A stretch of 39,619 bases of DNA from Chiloscyllium plagiosum (lineage: Eukaryota): contig NC_057754.1 of the NCBI RefSeq assembly GCF_004010195.1, positions 11,497,209-11,536,827 on the forward strand. The letters are read 5' to 3'. Positions 23,428-35,637 of this stretch are shown here, one piece after another. The notes under the pieces are model-generated. The model was not told the DNA's origin, searched no databases, and saw only the letters and a list, made by a program, of their open reading frames with translations. The first letter of the stretch is position 1. Every line of letters starts with the position of its first letter. A program made the translations under genes and the position numbers.

Positions 23428-23905
23428 GTTAAAAATCATACAACCCCATGTTATAGTCCACCAGGTTAATTTGGAAGTACTAACTTTCGAGCACTTCTCC
23501 TTCATCTGGTAACCAATCGGGCAGGATCATGCGACATAGAATTTGAAGCAAAGATCACACTGTAATGCATGCAACTGATACGATATATTGAATAATCCTC
23601 GCTTGCTGTTAAGTCTTGCATCTTTTAGAATGGGTTGCAGGTTTCAGTTCATTAATCTGTAAATCCCAGAACTTTTTTCAAGTCACATTTTTGAGATAAC
23701 TTAAGGTTTTATGAAAAAAGGCGACAACTCAGCTCAGTGCAGTCAAGGTGCGAGGTTAGAGTCTATCTGTATCCCAATCTTGTGTCAGACTGGTTCTATT
23801 TCCAAAGTAGGAATTTATAAAATATTCCATTGATTGACTGCCTGTTGATCATGCACTTTTTGAACAAAATAGAATGTATCTGCAATTACAGTCCTGCAAA
23901 TGCAT
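23428..23905 (-). mobile_element. Penelope-like terminal repeat (11281 family)
   Basis: Homologous to parts of 11570-12047, with a degenerate hammerhead core at ~23478-23510. Confidence 0.7.
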
Positions 23906-24488
23906 ACTCTGAACAGTTGAAAGACTACACCGTGTGGAATAAATACGGGTTTCTTCCAGATTGAAGTGCTTACTGGGAGCAAACATTGATGTCGAAATGA
24001 TGTGAGCAAAACTAACATCCTCCAAATAGCAAACGATGGTTTCTATTCATCGACCTCGGGGTTATGGGCCTAGCACGGTTCCGCTGCGCCACTCTGCTAC
24101 CTGCCCAAGAAATCGTTGCATGCTATTAGTGATATTGGAAGCAAGACAAATATTCATTTTCTCTTTGCTTTTGAACATGTTGGGAGGATTCCCCGCTACA
24201 CAATTCCAATGTGGCACATCACACAGAACGTGACACACACACACACACACACAAGAGCAGCAACCCTCCAGCAAAACACACAATGTCAGATAAACAAAGG
24301 GCTCTCCTCCCAGCCATCAATCCGATTCATTCCTCTGATTGACCAACCGGGCCATATGTTCTGCCTGTCTTCACCTATTCCCATTTCATCATCCTGCCCC
24401 CACCAATCTGTTTATCTGCAGCTCCCCTTACACCCACCACCAATCCTGAAGAAGGATTACACCCAAAATGTTAACTTCTCCACCTCCC

Positions 24489-24722
24489 GATGCTATCTGG
24501 CTTGCTGTGTACTCCTAGACTCCTGCCTGTCTATCTTGGATTCCAGTATCTGCAGTTTGTTTTACTCCAAACAAAGGGCCGAGTCAACCAGGAACTCCCT
24601 TAGATGATGCTATCTGGCTTGCTGTGTACTCCTAGACTCCTGCCTGTCTATCTTGGATTCCAGTATCTGCAGTTTGTTTTACTCCAAACAAAGGGCCGAG
24701 TAAACCAGGGACTCCCTTAGAT
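24489..24722. repeat. 117-bp tandem duplication
   Basis: Units 24489-24605 and 24606-24722 differ at only two positions by eye. Confidence 0.95.
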
Positions 24723-25146
24723 GGACAGATTCATTATTTGCTTCAGGTTTTATTAAAGGCTGATCCATCAGTTACATTCCTCATTCTGAAGAGTTGAAGG
24801 GTCACGGCACCCAAAACGTTAACTCTGTTTTTTACTCGACAGATGATGTCAGACCTATTGAGTTTCTCCAGCAATTTCTGTTCGCATTACCTTCCTCAAG
24901 GTCGTTTGTTTGGATGGCAACATTTCGTGATATTCAAATTCGTCTGAACGCTATCGGTCGCAGCTCTCTCTTTACCAGCCCGTCCTCGCCTTACTGCCTT
25001 CCACACACCAAAACTTGTGAATTTTCTTTACTTCCTTCCTCAATGGCTTCAAAAACACAAAAGTTCTCCCAGTTCTAATGAAAGGTTGTGGACGTGAAAG
25101 AAGAATCCTGTTTTAAAAGACACAAGGGCAAACATGCATTTAATAT

Positions 25147-26318
25147 GATGTGGCGGAGCCGATGTTGGACTGGGGTAGACAGTTAAAAATCACACAACAC
25201 CAGGTTATAGTTCAGCAGGTTTACTTGGAAGCGCCAGCTTTCGGAGCGCTATCCTTCAACACGCGGTTGTGGATCACAAGACCGTAAGACGCAGAATTTA
25301 TATCAAAAGATTACAGTATCACGAGGCTGAAATAATATATTGAACAAACCTGGATTGTTATTAAGTATTCCATCTTTCAGAATGAGTCGCAAGTATCTGT
25401 TCATTAATATGTAAATCCCAGAGCTTGTTTTAAGTCACCTTCTGGAGAGAATTTAAGGTTTTATAACAAAAGGTGACATCTCAGCTCAGATAATGCAATA
25501 AAGGTGGGAGTCGAGAGTGTGGTGTTGGAAAAGCACAGGAGGTCAGGCAGCATTGGAGGAGCAGGAGAAACGACATTTTGGACAAGGGCCCTTCATCAGG
25601 AATGAGGCTTGTGAACCAACAGGGTGGGGAATGGCGCTGGGGGGAAGGCAGCTGAGAGTGCGATAGGTGGTGGGGGTAATGACGATAGGTTGGAAAGGAG
25701 GGTGGAGTGGATCGATGCGAAGGAAGATGGACAGGTAGGACAGGTCAAGAGGGCTGTGCCACTTTTGAAGGTAGGATCTGGGGGGGGAGGGTAAATGAGG
25801 AAAATAGTAAAGTCCACATGGATGCCACATGGTTGGCGGGTCCCAAGGCAGAAGATGAGGTGTGCTTCCCCCTGGCATTTGATGGTTAGGGTGTGGCAAT
25901 GGAGGACCTACATGCTCTTGGTGGAGTGGGTGGGGGAGTTGAAGTGTTTGGCCACAAGGTGGTTGGATTGGTTGGTGAGAGGGTGAGAGGTTGGAGTGGG
26001 TGAGGAGGGGTCGACAGGTTAAGGTGGGAGGTCAGATGACTTAAATGAAGTTCTGGGATTTACATATAATGAACCAAAACTCACTCAAAAAGATGAACGA
26101 CTTAACGATCTAGATTTGTTCACTATATGATCTCAGTCTCATGACACTGAAATCTTTAGCTATAAATTCCGTGTCTTATACTCCACAACCACCTGATGAA
26201 GGAGCAGCACTCCGAAAGCGAGTGCTTCCAAATAAACCTACAGTATTGGACTGTAACCTGGTGTTGTGTGGTTTTTAAGTTTGTCCGCCCGCAGTCCAAC
26301 ACCGGCTCCTCCGCATCA
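25147..26318. mobile_element. Penelope-like element with inverted termini containing a nested second Penelope-like fragment (~25511-26020)
   Basis: Ends gatgtggcggagccgatgttggact and agtccaacaccggctcctccgcatc are inverted. The inner insert is flanked by AAGGTGGGAG. Hammerhead-like core at 26190-26224. Confidence 0.75.
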
Positions 26319-27094
26319 ATCTAACACTCACTTTTGTATTAACACCGTTCATTCTGTGCTGCGGGGTGAACGTGCTCCAATCTCACCAACCGGACCGTCA
26401 AACCACTTGATCCATTTGGATACCGTGGCTGTGAAATCAATCCGCACGTAGCAGCTTTTACTGAGATGAACTGACGTTATTGGAGCGTTCGGCTTTGGAA
26501 AAGGACACAGAGCAGTATTGACGGGGGAAAAAAAACTATTGGAAAAGATCAGTTTCTGTGGTATTCAGCGTCATTTCTTTCATTTGTTCAGTGGGCTCTT
26601 GCTTGAGTATTGTGTGCACTTCTGCACTTCACATTGCAGCAGGGGGTGCGATCGCTATACAAACAGCGCAGAAGTGATTTCCCAGAATATTGTCTGGGCT
26701 GAAAAGTTTCACTTATGAGGAGAGAGTGTACAGTCTAGGGTTGTTTTGCTTAGAGCAGAGGAGATTGAGAGGAGACATGATTGAGGTGTACCAAATAATG
26801 AGGGATATGGATAGGATGGACTGAAAGAAACGTTTCCGCTTAATGGAGGGACGGATCGCCATGGGGGCGATTGGGTTTGCAGAAGGTACGAGGCAGAAAG
26901 ATATGAGTAAATGTAAGGAAAAAACGTGATAAACCAGCCGGTGGTTGAATCTGGAATTCACTGTCTGTAAGAGCCGGAGAGGCAGAAACCGTCAACGTGA
27001 AGAAGCATTCCGATATTAATTTGTGATACGACGAGACACAAAGCTATTGGACAAATAATAAAAACATGATTTAAAAAGCCGTCCCACAGCGAGA

Positions 27095-27166
27095 TCCTCG
27101 GTAGTATAGTGGTTAGTATCCCCGCCTGTCACGCGGGAGACCGGGGTTCAATTCCCCGCCGGGGAG
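27095..27166 (+). tRNA. tRNA-Asp(GTC)
   Basis: Complete 72-nt cloverleaf, GTC anticodon, intact A and B boxes, CpGs retained, T6 run at 27205-27210. Confidence 0.95.
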
Positions 27167-27844
27167 AGTTGCTGTGCTTTGTGTCAGTGCAGTGGTTGAC
27201 AGCATTTTTTCCTCACCAATAGGGACCCAGGCTCGATGAGAGTCTATGTGCAGTTTTCATGCCCTCCCGGAGTCTATAAATGTGCACATTTAGTGTATTG
27301 GAGTTGAAATCTTTTCTTGTCAATTTATCTCACCGGACATTCTTGAATAATGGACACTGCCGTCAATTCTAAATCAAGAATTAGAACCCGTCGCCAATGT
27401 TTTATTGACATTTCAACGGAAGTGGGAAAATTAAAGGAACACCATTTCCACTCCCTTCATCGCTCCCACCTTCACTCTTTATGAATTTGCATCGAATACA
27501 AAACAAAAGCAAAAATCAAATAAAGATCTATCAGAAGCACAGGTATATCCCGTGGGATTGTTGATGGGTATCTTAAACTCACACTCGACACAAGATTCTG
27601 ATCAATATTAAAATGTTGAGGAGTCAATGACAACGGGAGCAGCAGAGCGTTTCTCCAACAGAACAAAGGGACCTTTCATTGTGTCACATCCTCTTCTGTT
27701 CTGTGAGAATCATACCATAATCCATTACCCTGCATGAGCACTGTTTCATCAATCGCCTAAGGTTCACCACTTGTCTTGAATATTCACAGCAAGTGCACAT
27801 TTCCATTAAAAAGGAGATCTGTGGTATGCAGAGTACTATTTGCT

Positions 27845-28712
27845 GTTTCAAAGATGATCCCAAAATTGGAGGTGTAGTGCACAGCAAAGAAGGTTACCTC
27901 ACATTACAACGGGATGTTGATCAAACGAATCAATGGGCTGAGGAGTGGTGGATGGAGTTTAATTTCGGTAAATGTGATGTGTTGCACTTTGGAAAAGCAA
28001 ATCTTAGCAGGACTTATACACTTAGTGGTAAGGTCTGGGGAGTGTTGCTGAACAAAAAGACCTTGGAGTGCAGGTTCATAGTCCCTTGTAAGTGGAGTCA
28101 CAAGTAGATAGAATAGTGAAGAAGGTTTGGTATGCTTTCCTTTTTTGGTCAAAGCATTGAGTATAGGAGTTAGGACGTCATGTTGCAGCTGTACAGGACA
28201 TTGGTTTTGGAATATTGTGTGCAATTCTGGTCGCCCACTTATAGGAAGGATGTTATGAAACTTGAAGGGGTTCAGAAAAAGATTTACAAGGATGTTGCCA
28301 GGTTTGAAACGTTTGAGCTCTCAGGAGAGGCTGAATTAGCTGGGGCTGTTTTCGCTGGACTATCGAACGCTGAGGGGTGACCATTTACAGGTTTATAAAA
28401 TCATGAGAGGCATGGATCGGGTAAATATACAAGTTCTTTCCCCTGGGTTGGGGAAGTCCAGAATGAAAGGGCATAAGCTTAGGGTATGAGGGGAAAATTT
28501 AAAAGGAACCTAATGAACAACTTTTTCACACAGAGGGTGAAGTGCATAGATTAAGCTGCGAGAGCAAGTGCGGAGGCTGCTACAATTACAGCGTTTAAAA
28601 GGCATCTGGATGGGTGTATGAATAGGAAGGGTTTAGAGGAAATGGGCGTAATGCTAGCAAGTGGGACTAGATTAGGCTAGGATATCTGGTCAGCATGGAT
28701 GGGTTGGACTCA
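27845..28712 (+). mobile_element. Degenerate CR1 LINE RT to 3' end
   Basis: DDPKIGG, MEFN.GKCDVLHFG, LEYCVQFWSP and a 3' UTR like that of 1-271. Confidence 0.88.
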
Positions 28713-29189
28713 TCAAGCTTCATCACCAATGGTGAAAAGTGTTATATAAATGCAACTCTGTCTTTCTTCAATGTTCTAAAATCCCAGTCCCCTAATTACT
28801 GATCCTGGTCTGTGGAAACAGTTTCTCACTGTCTGCTCCACCCAAACATTAGCGCCATGAAATCTCCATTTCATCTTCTTTGTTCTAAAGAGAACTATCC
28901 TAGCCTCTGGAATCTCTCTGCCAAACTAAACTCCCTCTTTCTTGGGCATGATGTAACTGGGGGATTGAGACAAGGTTTTAGGAAAACAAAAGTCAGTTGA
29001 TAAGCGAAAACATGGAAGCCCAGTCTTCAGCTTTGAGATCTTTCAATACTCTTTGTGTAACAAGTGGAAGAAAATGGTTGAATAATGTGCCCATGAAGAG
29101 AGCCCAATCGCAGGGGAAGGGACAAACAGTACCGTCCCTGGATCAGGGAGAAAGAATGCGAAGAAGACGTTATTGAAATTCCTTGCTGC

Positions 29190-29815
29190 TTGGAATTCCT
29201 GGAGCAATGCATACAGTTCTGGTCACCATACTACCAGAAGGTTGTGCATGCAATGGAGAGGGTTCAGAAAGGTTTACCAGAATACTGCCTGGTATGGGGG
29301 ATTTTAGCTATGAAGGAAGGACTGGGTTTGTTTTCACTGGCATGCAACAGGTTGAAGGTTGACCTGATAGAAATTTATAAGTTTGTGAATGGCATGGATA
29401 GAGTAAAAAATGAGTCTTTTTCCCAGGGTGGAGGGGTCACTTACTAGGGGACACAGATTCAAGGTGCGGGAGTAGGAGGGAATGTTTAAAAGAGACGTGC
29501 GAGACAAGTTTGCACACAAAGGGTGGTGACTGCCTGGTAATAGAACAAAGAGAACAGAGAACAGTACAACATAGGTACTGGACCCACCACAGGAATTCCC
29601 TGCAATTCCTGATAAAGGACTTTTGCCCGAAATGTCGATTCTCTTGCTCCTTGGATGCTGTCCTTTTCCAGGAAAATGATATTCAATATTTTATCCTTGG
29701 GGTCTGGAGACTAATGTAATAATGATCACTGTTTTATATTGGACTCTGGGGAACAAGCTCATTGTCGAGAGAGGAAGTGGTGGAAGCAGGCACAATGGCA
29801 GCATTCAAGAAACTT
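29190..29815 (+). mobile_element. CR1 3' fragment interrupted by a templated insertion
   Basis: LEQCIQFWSPYY..MERVQ; LINE text resumes at aggaagtggtggaagcagg (29772). Confidence 0.8.
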
Positions 29816-31214
29816 GGCATGTCTGGCAATATCTGTAGAGAGCACTCAGTTCTGTAGAACAAGTGCTGCCAGACCGATTGCCCAGCAATTTCTGACTTTG
29901 TTTCTGATTTCCAGCATCGGCAGTTCATGGCTTTTTTTGTAACCCAGAGGTTTGATTTAGCGAAGACGTGATCTGAATGTGAGGTGTGCTCTTCGTTTTC
30001 GAGTGCAATTCATCAGCTTTCAAAGTGAACGAGGTCAAGTAGTGAAACGGATTCTCTTGCTGAATACTCATGTTGTCGATTCACTGTTGCCACTCAATTA
30101 ATCATCAAAACCACAGCATTGCCGAGGTGACCCTTTTCCCAGTTCCCACTGACATCAAGCCATGGTGGAAAGCGCCGAGGTTCGACTGGAATGGACAAAG
30201 TCAAAAATCACACGACACTCGGTTTTAGTCCAACAAGTTTATTTGAAAGTGCAAACGTTCGGAACCCCGTTCCTTCCTCAGGCAGCTAGTGAGAGAGAGT
30301 ACATCGGACATAGAATTTATAAGTAAAAGATCAAAGAGTCATACACCTTATGCAAATGTATTGAACAAACCTAGATAGCTAAATTGTTTTAAAGTCGGTT
30401 CTGGGAAATGATATTCAATATTTTATCCTTGGGGTCTGGAGACTAATGTAATAATGATCACTGTTTTATATTGGACTCTGGGGAACAAGCTCATTGTCGA
30501 GAGTGTGGTGCTGGAAAAGGACAGCATCCAAGGAGCAAGAGAATCGACATTTCGGGCAAAAGTCCTTTATCAGGAATTGCAGGGAATTCCTGTGGTGGGT
30601 CCAGTACCTATGTTGTACTGTTCTCTGTTCTCTTTGTTCTATTACCAACAAAATAAATCTGGATGTTCACAGTGATTTCATCCCAGATGTGGTTAATAGG
30701 TGAATCTGACTCTGACAGTCACTTGTAAATTGCTTGCTGCCTCAGCAGGATAGTAACATCTGGGGATAGTGTCAACATTAGGAGAGCTAACTTATAGGCT
30801 AGGCAAACAATAAGCAAACATAGTCATACTTACGGCTGGCTGACTCTCATATATTATCTTCTCCCCCCTTCCTCTTATTGCTTTTTTAGACATCTTTGCT
30901 GGTTTCTATAGAGCCTCTCAATCCTCTGGCTTCCCACTCAACCTCACCACATTGCATGTTTTTTCTTTCGCTTTTATGCTGTTCCTGACTTCCTCTGTCA
31001 GCCATGGTTGCCTCTTCCTCCCCTTAGCAGGAATTCCTGATGAAGGGCTTATGCCTGATACGTTGATTCTCCTGCTCCTTGGATGCTGCCTGACCTGCTG
31101 TCCTTTTCCACTTCCAACTCTGATCTGCAGCATCTGTAGTCCTCACTTTCTCCCAGAACAATGCTCATTGTTTTATATTGGGCTGTAAAGGATAATAAAC
31201 TGCGATGTTTATCA

Positions 31215-31612
31215 ATTACAGATCATAGCAATTACAGGAACGTGGCTCAAGGATGCACAGGACTGGCAGGTTAATGTTGCAGGATACAAATGCTACATGA
31301 AGGATAGAAAGGGAGGCAAGAGAGGAGGGGGAGTGGCATTTTTGATAAGGAATAGCATTACAGCTGTGCTGATGGAGGATATTCCCAATCTACATTCAGG
31401 GAAGTTATTTGGGTGGAAGTGAGAAATAAGAAAGGGATGATAACCTTATTGGGATTGTATTATAGACCCCCTAATAGTCAGAGGGAAATTGAGAAACAAA
31501 CTTGTAAGGAGATCTCAGCGATCTGTAAGAATAATAGGCTGATTATCAGAGGGGACTTTAACTTTCCAAACATAGACTGGTACTGCCATAGTAATAAGGG
31601 TTTAGATGGAGA
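31215..31612 (+). mobile_element. CR1 APE endonuclease fragment
   Basis: IAITGTWL, GGGVA, LGLYYRPPNS and GDFNFPNIDW motifs. Confidence 0.88.
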
Positions 31613-31672
31613 GGAGAAAGTGCGGACTGCAGATGCTGGAGATCAGAGCTGAAAATGTGTTGCTGGAAAAGC

Positions 31673-32242
31673 GCTGTTGTTTTTGGTAGCCCACGAACGC
31701 CCCAACACACTAAAATAGCAGCTAATGAACTTGAAATACCATACATAGACAACAAGAAAAACTAATGTAATTTCCAAAAGTCCTTGCAAGAACTGTAACA
31801 AACACTACATTGGACAAACAGGCAGAAAACTAGTCACCAGGATACATGAACACCAATTAGCCACAAAAAGACATGACCCTCCCTCACTAGTATCCTTACA
31901 TATAGATGAGGGAGGACACCACTTCGAATGGGGCAACACATCCATCCAAGGAAAAGCCAACAGAGATGCACACGAGAATTCCTAGAAGCATGGCATTCCG
32001 AGTGGGACTCTATTAACCAACACATTGACTTGGATCGCATTTGCCACCCTCTGCTAAAAAGAATAGAAAATAATGTCACCACAGGAAATGATGTCACCAA
32101 ACCAAGGAAACCTAAACACATAAATCGAAAGCAGGCCATGCCACCAGTGCTTCATTTGGAGGCTCATTTGTGATGTTATCTAGTATGGTGTTGAAATGTC
32201 TGATAATGAATCTTCCAGCTCAGCGAGCAAACGTACATCCAG
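31673..32242 (+). mobile_element. Penelope-like GIY-YIG fragment (paralog of 15427-15990)
   Basis: PCKNCNKHYIGQTGRKL.TRIHEH and REFLEAWHS motifs. Confidence 0.9.
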
Positions 32243-32254
32243 AGTACAATTATG

Positions 32255-32890
32255 TGAGACAAAGACTTGATGTTATGTATTCTTTTGTGTGGATGAGGCT
32301 TCAGTTGCTCATCTGCCCTGTGAGGACACAAATGCAATCAGAGTAGGGAGAAAGCATGGAAATGCGAATATTGTGGGAATGGAGTCCATTACCCACCTGC
32401 CCTTTTAAGTCATTGACACAGTAACACTGGTGAGAGACCATTCTTCTGCCGGAGTGAGGGAAGGAGTTCACTCAGTCATCCACCCTCCTCAAACACCCAC
32501 TGACTGAACACTGGTGAGAGACCATTTACCTGCCTCTCGTCGGGGAAGGGACTGACTCAGTCATCCACCCTCCTCAAACACCCAATGATTGCACACTGGG
32601 GAGAGACCATTCACCTGGTGTGAGTTGGGGAAGGGGCTCACATAGTCATCTACCCTGCTCAAACACCCAGTGAGTGCATCCTGGTGAGAGAGACGATTCA
32701 CCTGCCCAAAGTGGGAGAAGGGATTTACTCTGTCATCCCATCTTTTGATGCACCACCATGCTCACACTGGGGCAAAGCCATTAATATGCACCATGTGAGG
32801 GCAGAAATTCGTCCTTTTGTGTAACCTGCCCACACACCAGTGAGTTCACCAATAAACATAATGATTGGATTTTGCTGCTCATCACATCTA
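32255..32890 (+). pseudogene. C2H2 zinc-finger pseudo-exon (paralog of 16000-16460 with two extra fingers)
   Basis: Repeated acactgg.gagagaccatt linkers with shared in-frame stops. Confidence 0.85.
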
Positions 32891-34683
32891 GGCCTGGATA
32901 TTATCTCAGATGGAGCAGGGCCTAAGGAAACATTGTCTAAGTTACATTGACATGACTCACTCAGGGAGTGATCAGCTTTCACAGAATTATGACACAAGCT
33001 GTGTCTTTCTGAGTTACATTTTATGCAGGCTCAGGTTTAGGTGAGGTCTCAGTCAACTATGACTGTGTTGGAGCATATCAAGATACCACTCTGCCTCTCA
33101 AACCTGCTCTTCCAATCTAATTCATGGATGATCATCTCTCTTAGTACCACATTCCATGCTGTCGTCATGTATCTTGTTGTCATTAGTAACTGGAAATCTA
33201 GCAATCACTCTTTTGGACTTACTGAATGACTGTTCATCACCCTCTGAGTGTCTGCCCCATCTTACTCCTAAATGGCTTGACTTCTATTCGGAGACTTTGT
33301 CCCTGGTTGTGGACTCCACGTTCAGGAAACAGCTTTCCGATATCTATTCCTACTTGTCTCTTTCAGAAATATGTAAATTTCTATGAGATCACCTTACATT
33401 TTTTTAAAACTCCAGAGATTAAAGACCCAATCCCATTTTATGAGATAATCCCACCAAAACAGGAATCGGTCTGATGAAGCTTCACTGCACTGCAAATACA
33501 TCCTTCCCAAGATCAGGGGACCAGGACTGTACACAACCCTCCACCAACGTCTGCACAATTGAAGCCATGACGTGGAGGAGCAAGTGTTGGACTGGGGTGG
33601 ACCAAATTTCAAAAACCGGCTTGCTGAAAAAGTTTTTCAGCACATCTACTCAAACTTTACTGCCTCTTACCATAAATCTATTCCTATCTCACCCCCGCCC
33701 CAGGTTGATCCCTCAATTAAGGGGAAACGTTTATTTCAGTCTGCCCTTTCCATATCTCTCATTATTTTGTACAACTCAGTCATGACCTCTCTCAATCTCC
33801 TCTGCTCTAAGAAGAACAACCCCAGCCTGTCTAATCTCTCTTCATAACTGAACCTCTTCAGTCCAGAAAATATTCTGGTAAATCTATTCTGCACCGCTGC
33901 CAGTGCTATCACATCCCCGCTATAAAGTGAATTGCAGAACTACACACAATACACTAAATAGAGCCGAATGCCCAAGTGAAGCAAATGACGCAGAAAGCTA
34001 CAGAAACTGGTCTTTTCCAATAAAATCTCTTTTGCTTAATATTGCCTTGTGTCCTGAAGCTCCAATAATCTCTGGTTCATGCCAGTAAAAGCTGCTATAT
34101 GAGGATTGGTCTCACAACCGCGGGATCTAAACAGATCGAAGGGTTTGAACGTCTCGAGGGCGGGATTGTGGCACATCACCCAGCAGCAGTGACGGCAGCA
34201 GCACAGACTCTGAACAGTGTCAATGTGAAAGTGAGTGTTAGATTGTGCAGTGCCTCTGGGAAATGGGAGGAGGGACGTAAAGGAGGGTTAGTGATTGTGG
34301 GAGGGAGAAAAATCTCCGAGAATGGGTGGGTTTGAATCCTGATATATGAGACGTGGAGATGTGGACATGACGACAGCATGGAATGTGGTACTAAGAGAGA
34401 TAATCATCCATGAATTAGATTGGAAGAGCAGGTTTGAGAGGCAGAGTGGTATCTTGATATGCTCCAACACTTCCTCTGGCAGCTTATTCCATACACGTAC
34501 CATCCTCTGCATGAAAAAGTTGCCCCTTAGGTCTCTTTTATATCTTTCCCCTGTCACCCTAAACCTATGCCCTCTAGTTCTGGACTCCCTGATCCTAAGG
34601 AAACGACTTTGTCTATTTATCCTATCCATGTTCCTCATAATTTTGTAAACCTCTATAAGGTCACCCCTCAACCTCCGACGCTC

Positions 34684-34820
34684 NNNNNNNNNNNNNNNNN
34701 NNNNNNNNNNNNNNNNNNNNNNNNNNNNNNNNNNNNNNNNNNNNNNNNNNNNNNNNNNNNNNNNNNNNNNNNNNNNNNNNNNNNNNNNNNNNNNNNNNNN
34801 NNNNNNNNNNNNNNNNNNNN
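34684..34820. other. Assembly gap (137 N)
   Basis: Run of N characters. Confidence 1.
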
Positions 34821-35637
34821 ACACTCCCTCGGACCTTACCATTAAGTGTATAAGTCCTGCTAAGATTTGCTTTCCCAAAATGCAGCACTTTGCATTTATC
34901 TGTATTAAACTCCATCTGCCACTTCTCAGCACATTGGCCCATCTGGTCCAGATCCTGTTGTAATCTGAGGTAACTCTCTTCGCTGTCCACTACATCTCCA
35001 ATTTTGGTGTCATCTGCAAACTTACTAACTGTACCTCTTATGCTCGCATCGAAATCATTTATGTACATGACAAAACGTAGAGGGCCCAGCACCGATCCTT
35101 CTGGCACTCCACTGGTCACAGGCCTCCAGTCTGAAAAACAACCTCCACTACCACCCTCTGTCTTCTACCTTTGAGCCAGTTCTGTATCCAAATGGATGGT
35201 TCTCCCTGTATTCCATGAGATCTAACCTTGCTAATCAGTCTCCCATGAGGAATTGTTACTTCTCCCATTTGTTACTTCTTCAAAAAACTCAGTCAAGTTT
35301 GTGAGACATGATTTCCCATGCACAAAGCCATGTTGACTATCCAGAATCAGTCCTTGCCTTTCCAAATACATGTACATCCGGTCCCTCAGGATTCCCTCCA
35401 ACAACTTGCCCACCACCGAGGTCTGGCTCACCGGTCTATAGTTCCCTGGCTTGTCTTTACCGCCCTTCTTAAACAGTGGCACCACGTTGGCCAACATCCA
35501 GTCTTCCGGCACATCACCTGTGAGTATCGATGATACAAATATCTCAGCAAGAGGCCCAGCAATCATTTCTCTAGCTTCCCACAGAGTTATCGGGTACACC
35601 TGATCAGGTCTTGGGGATTTATCCACCTTTAACCGTT

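Noticed and set aside
24116..24607. 163-aa ORF as a novel gene
   Set aside because: It runs through a CA repeat and repeat fragments, and the frame is not kept in the paralogous block.
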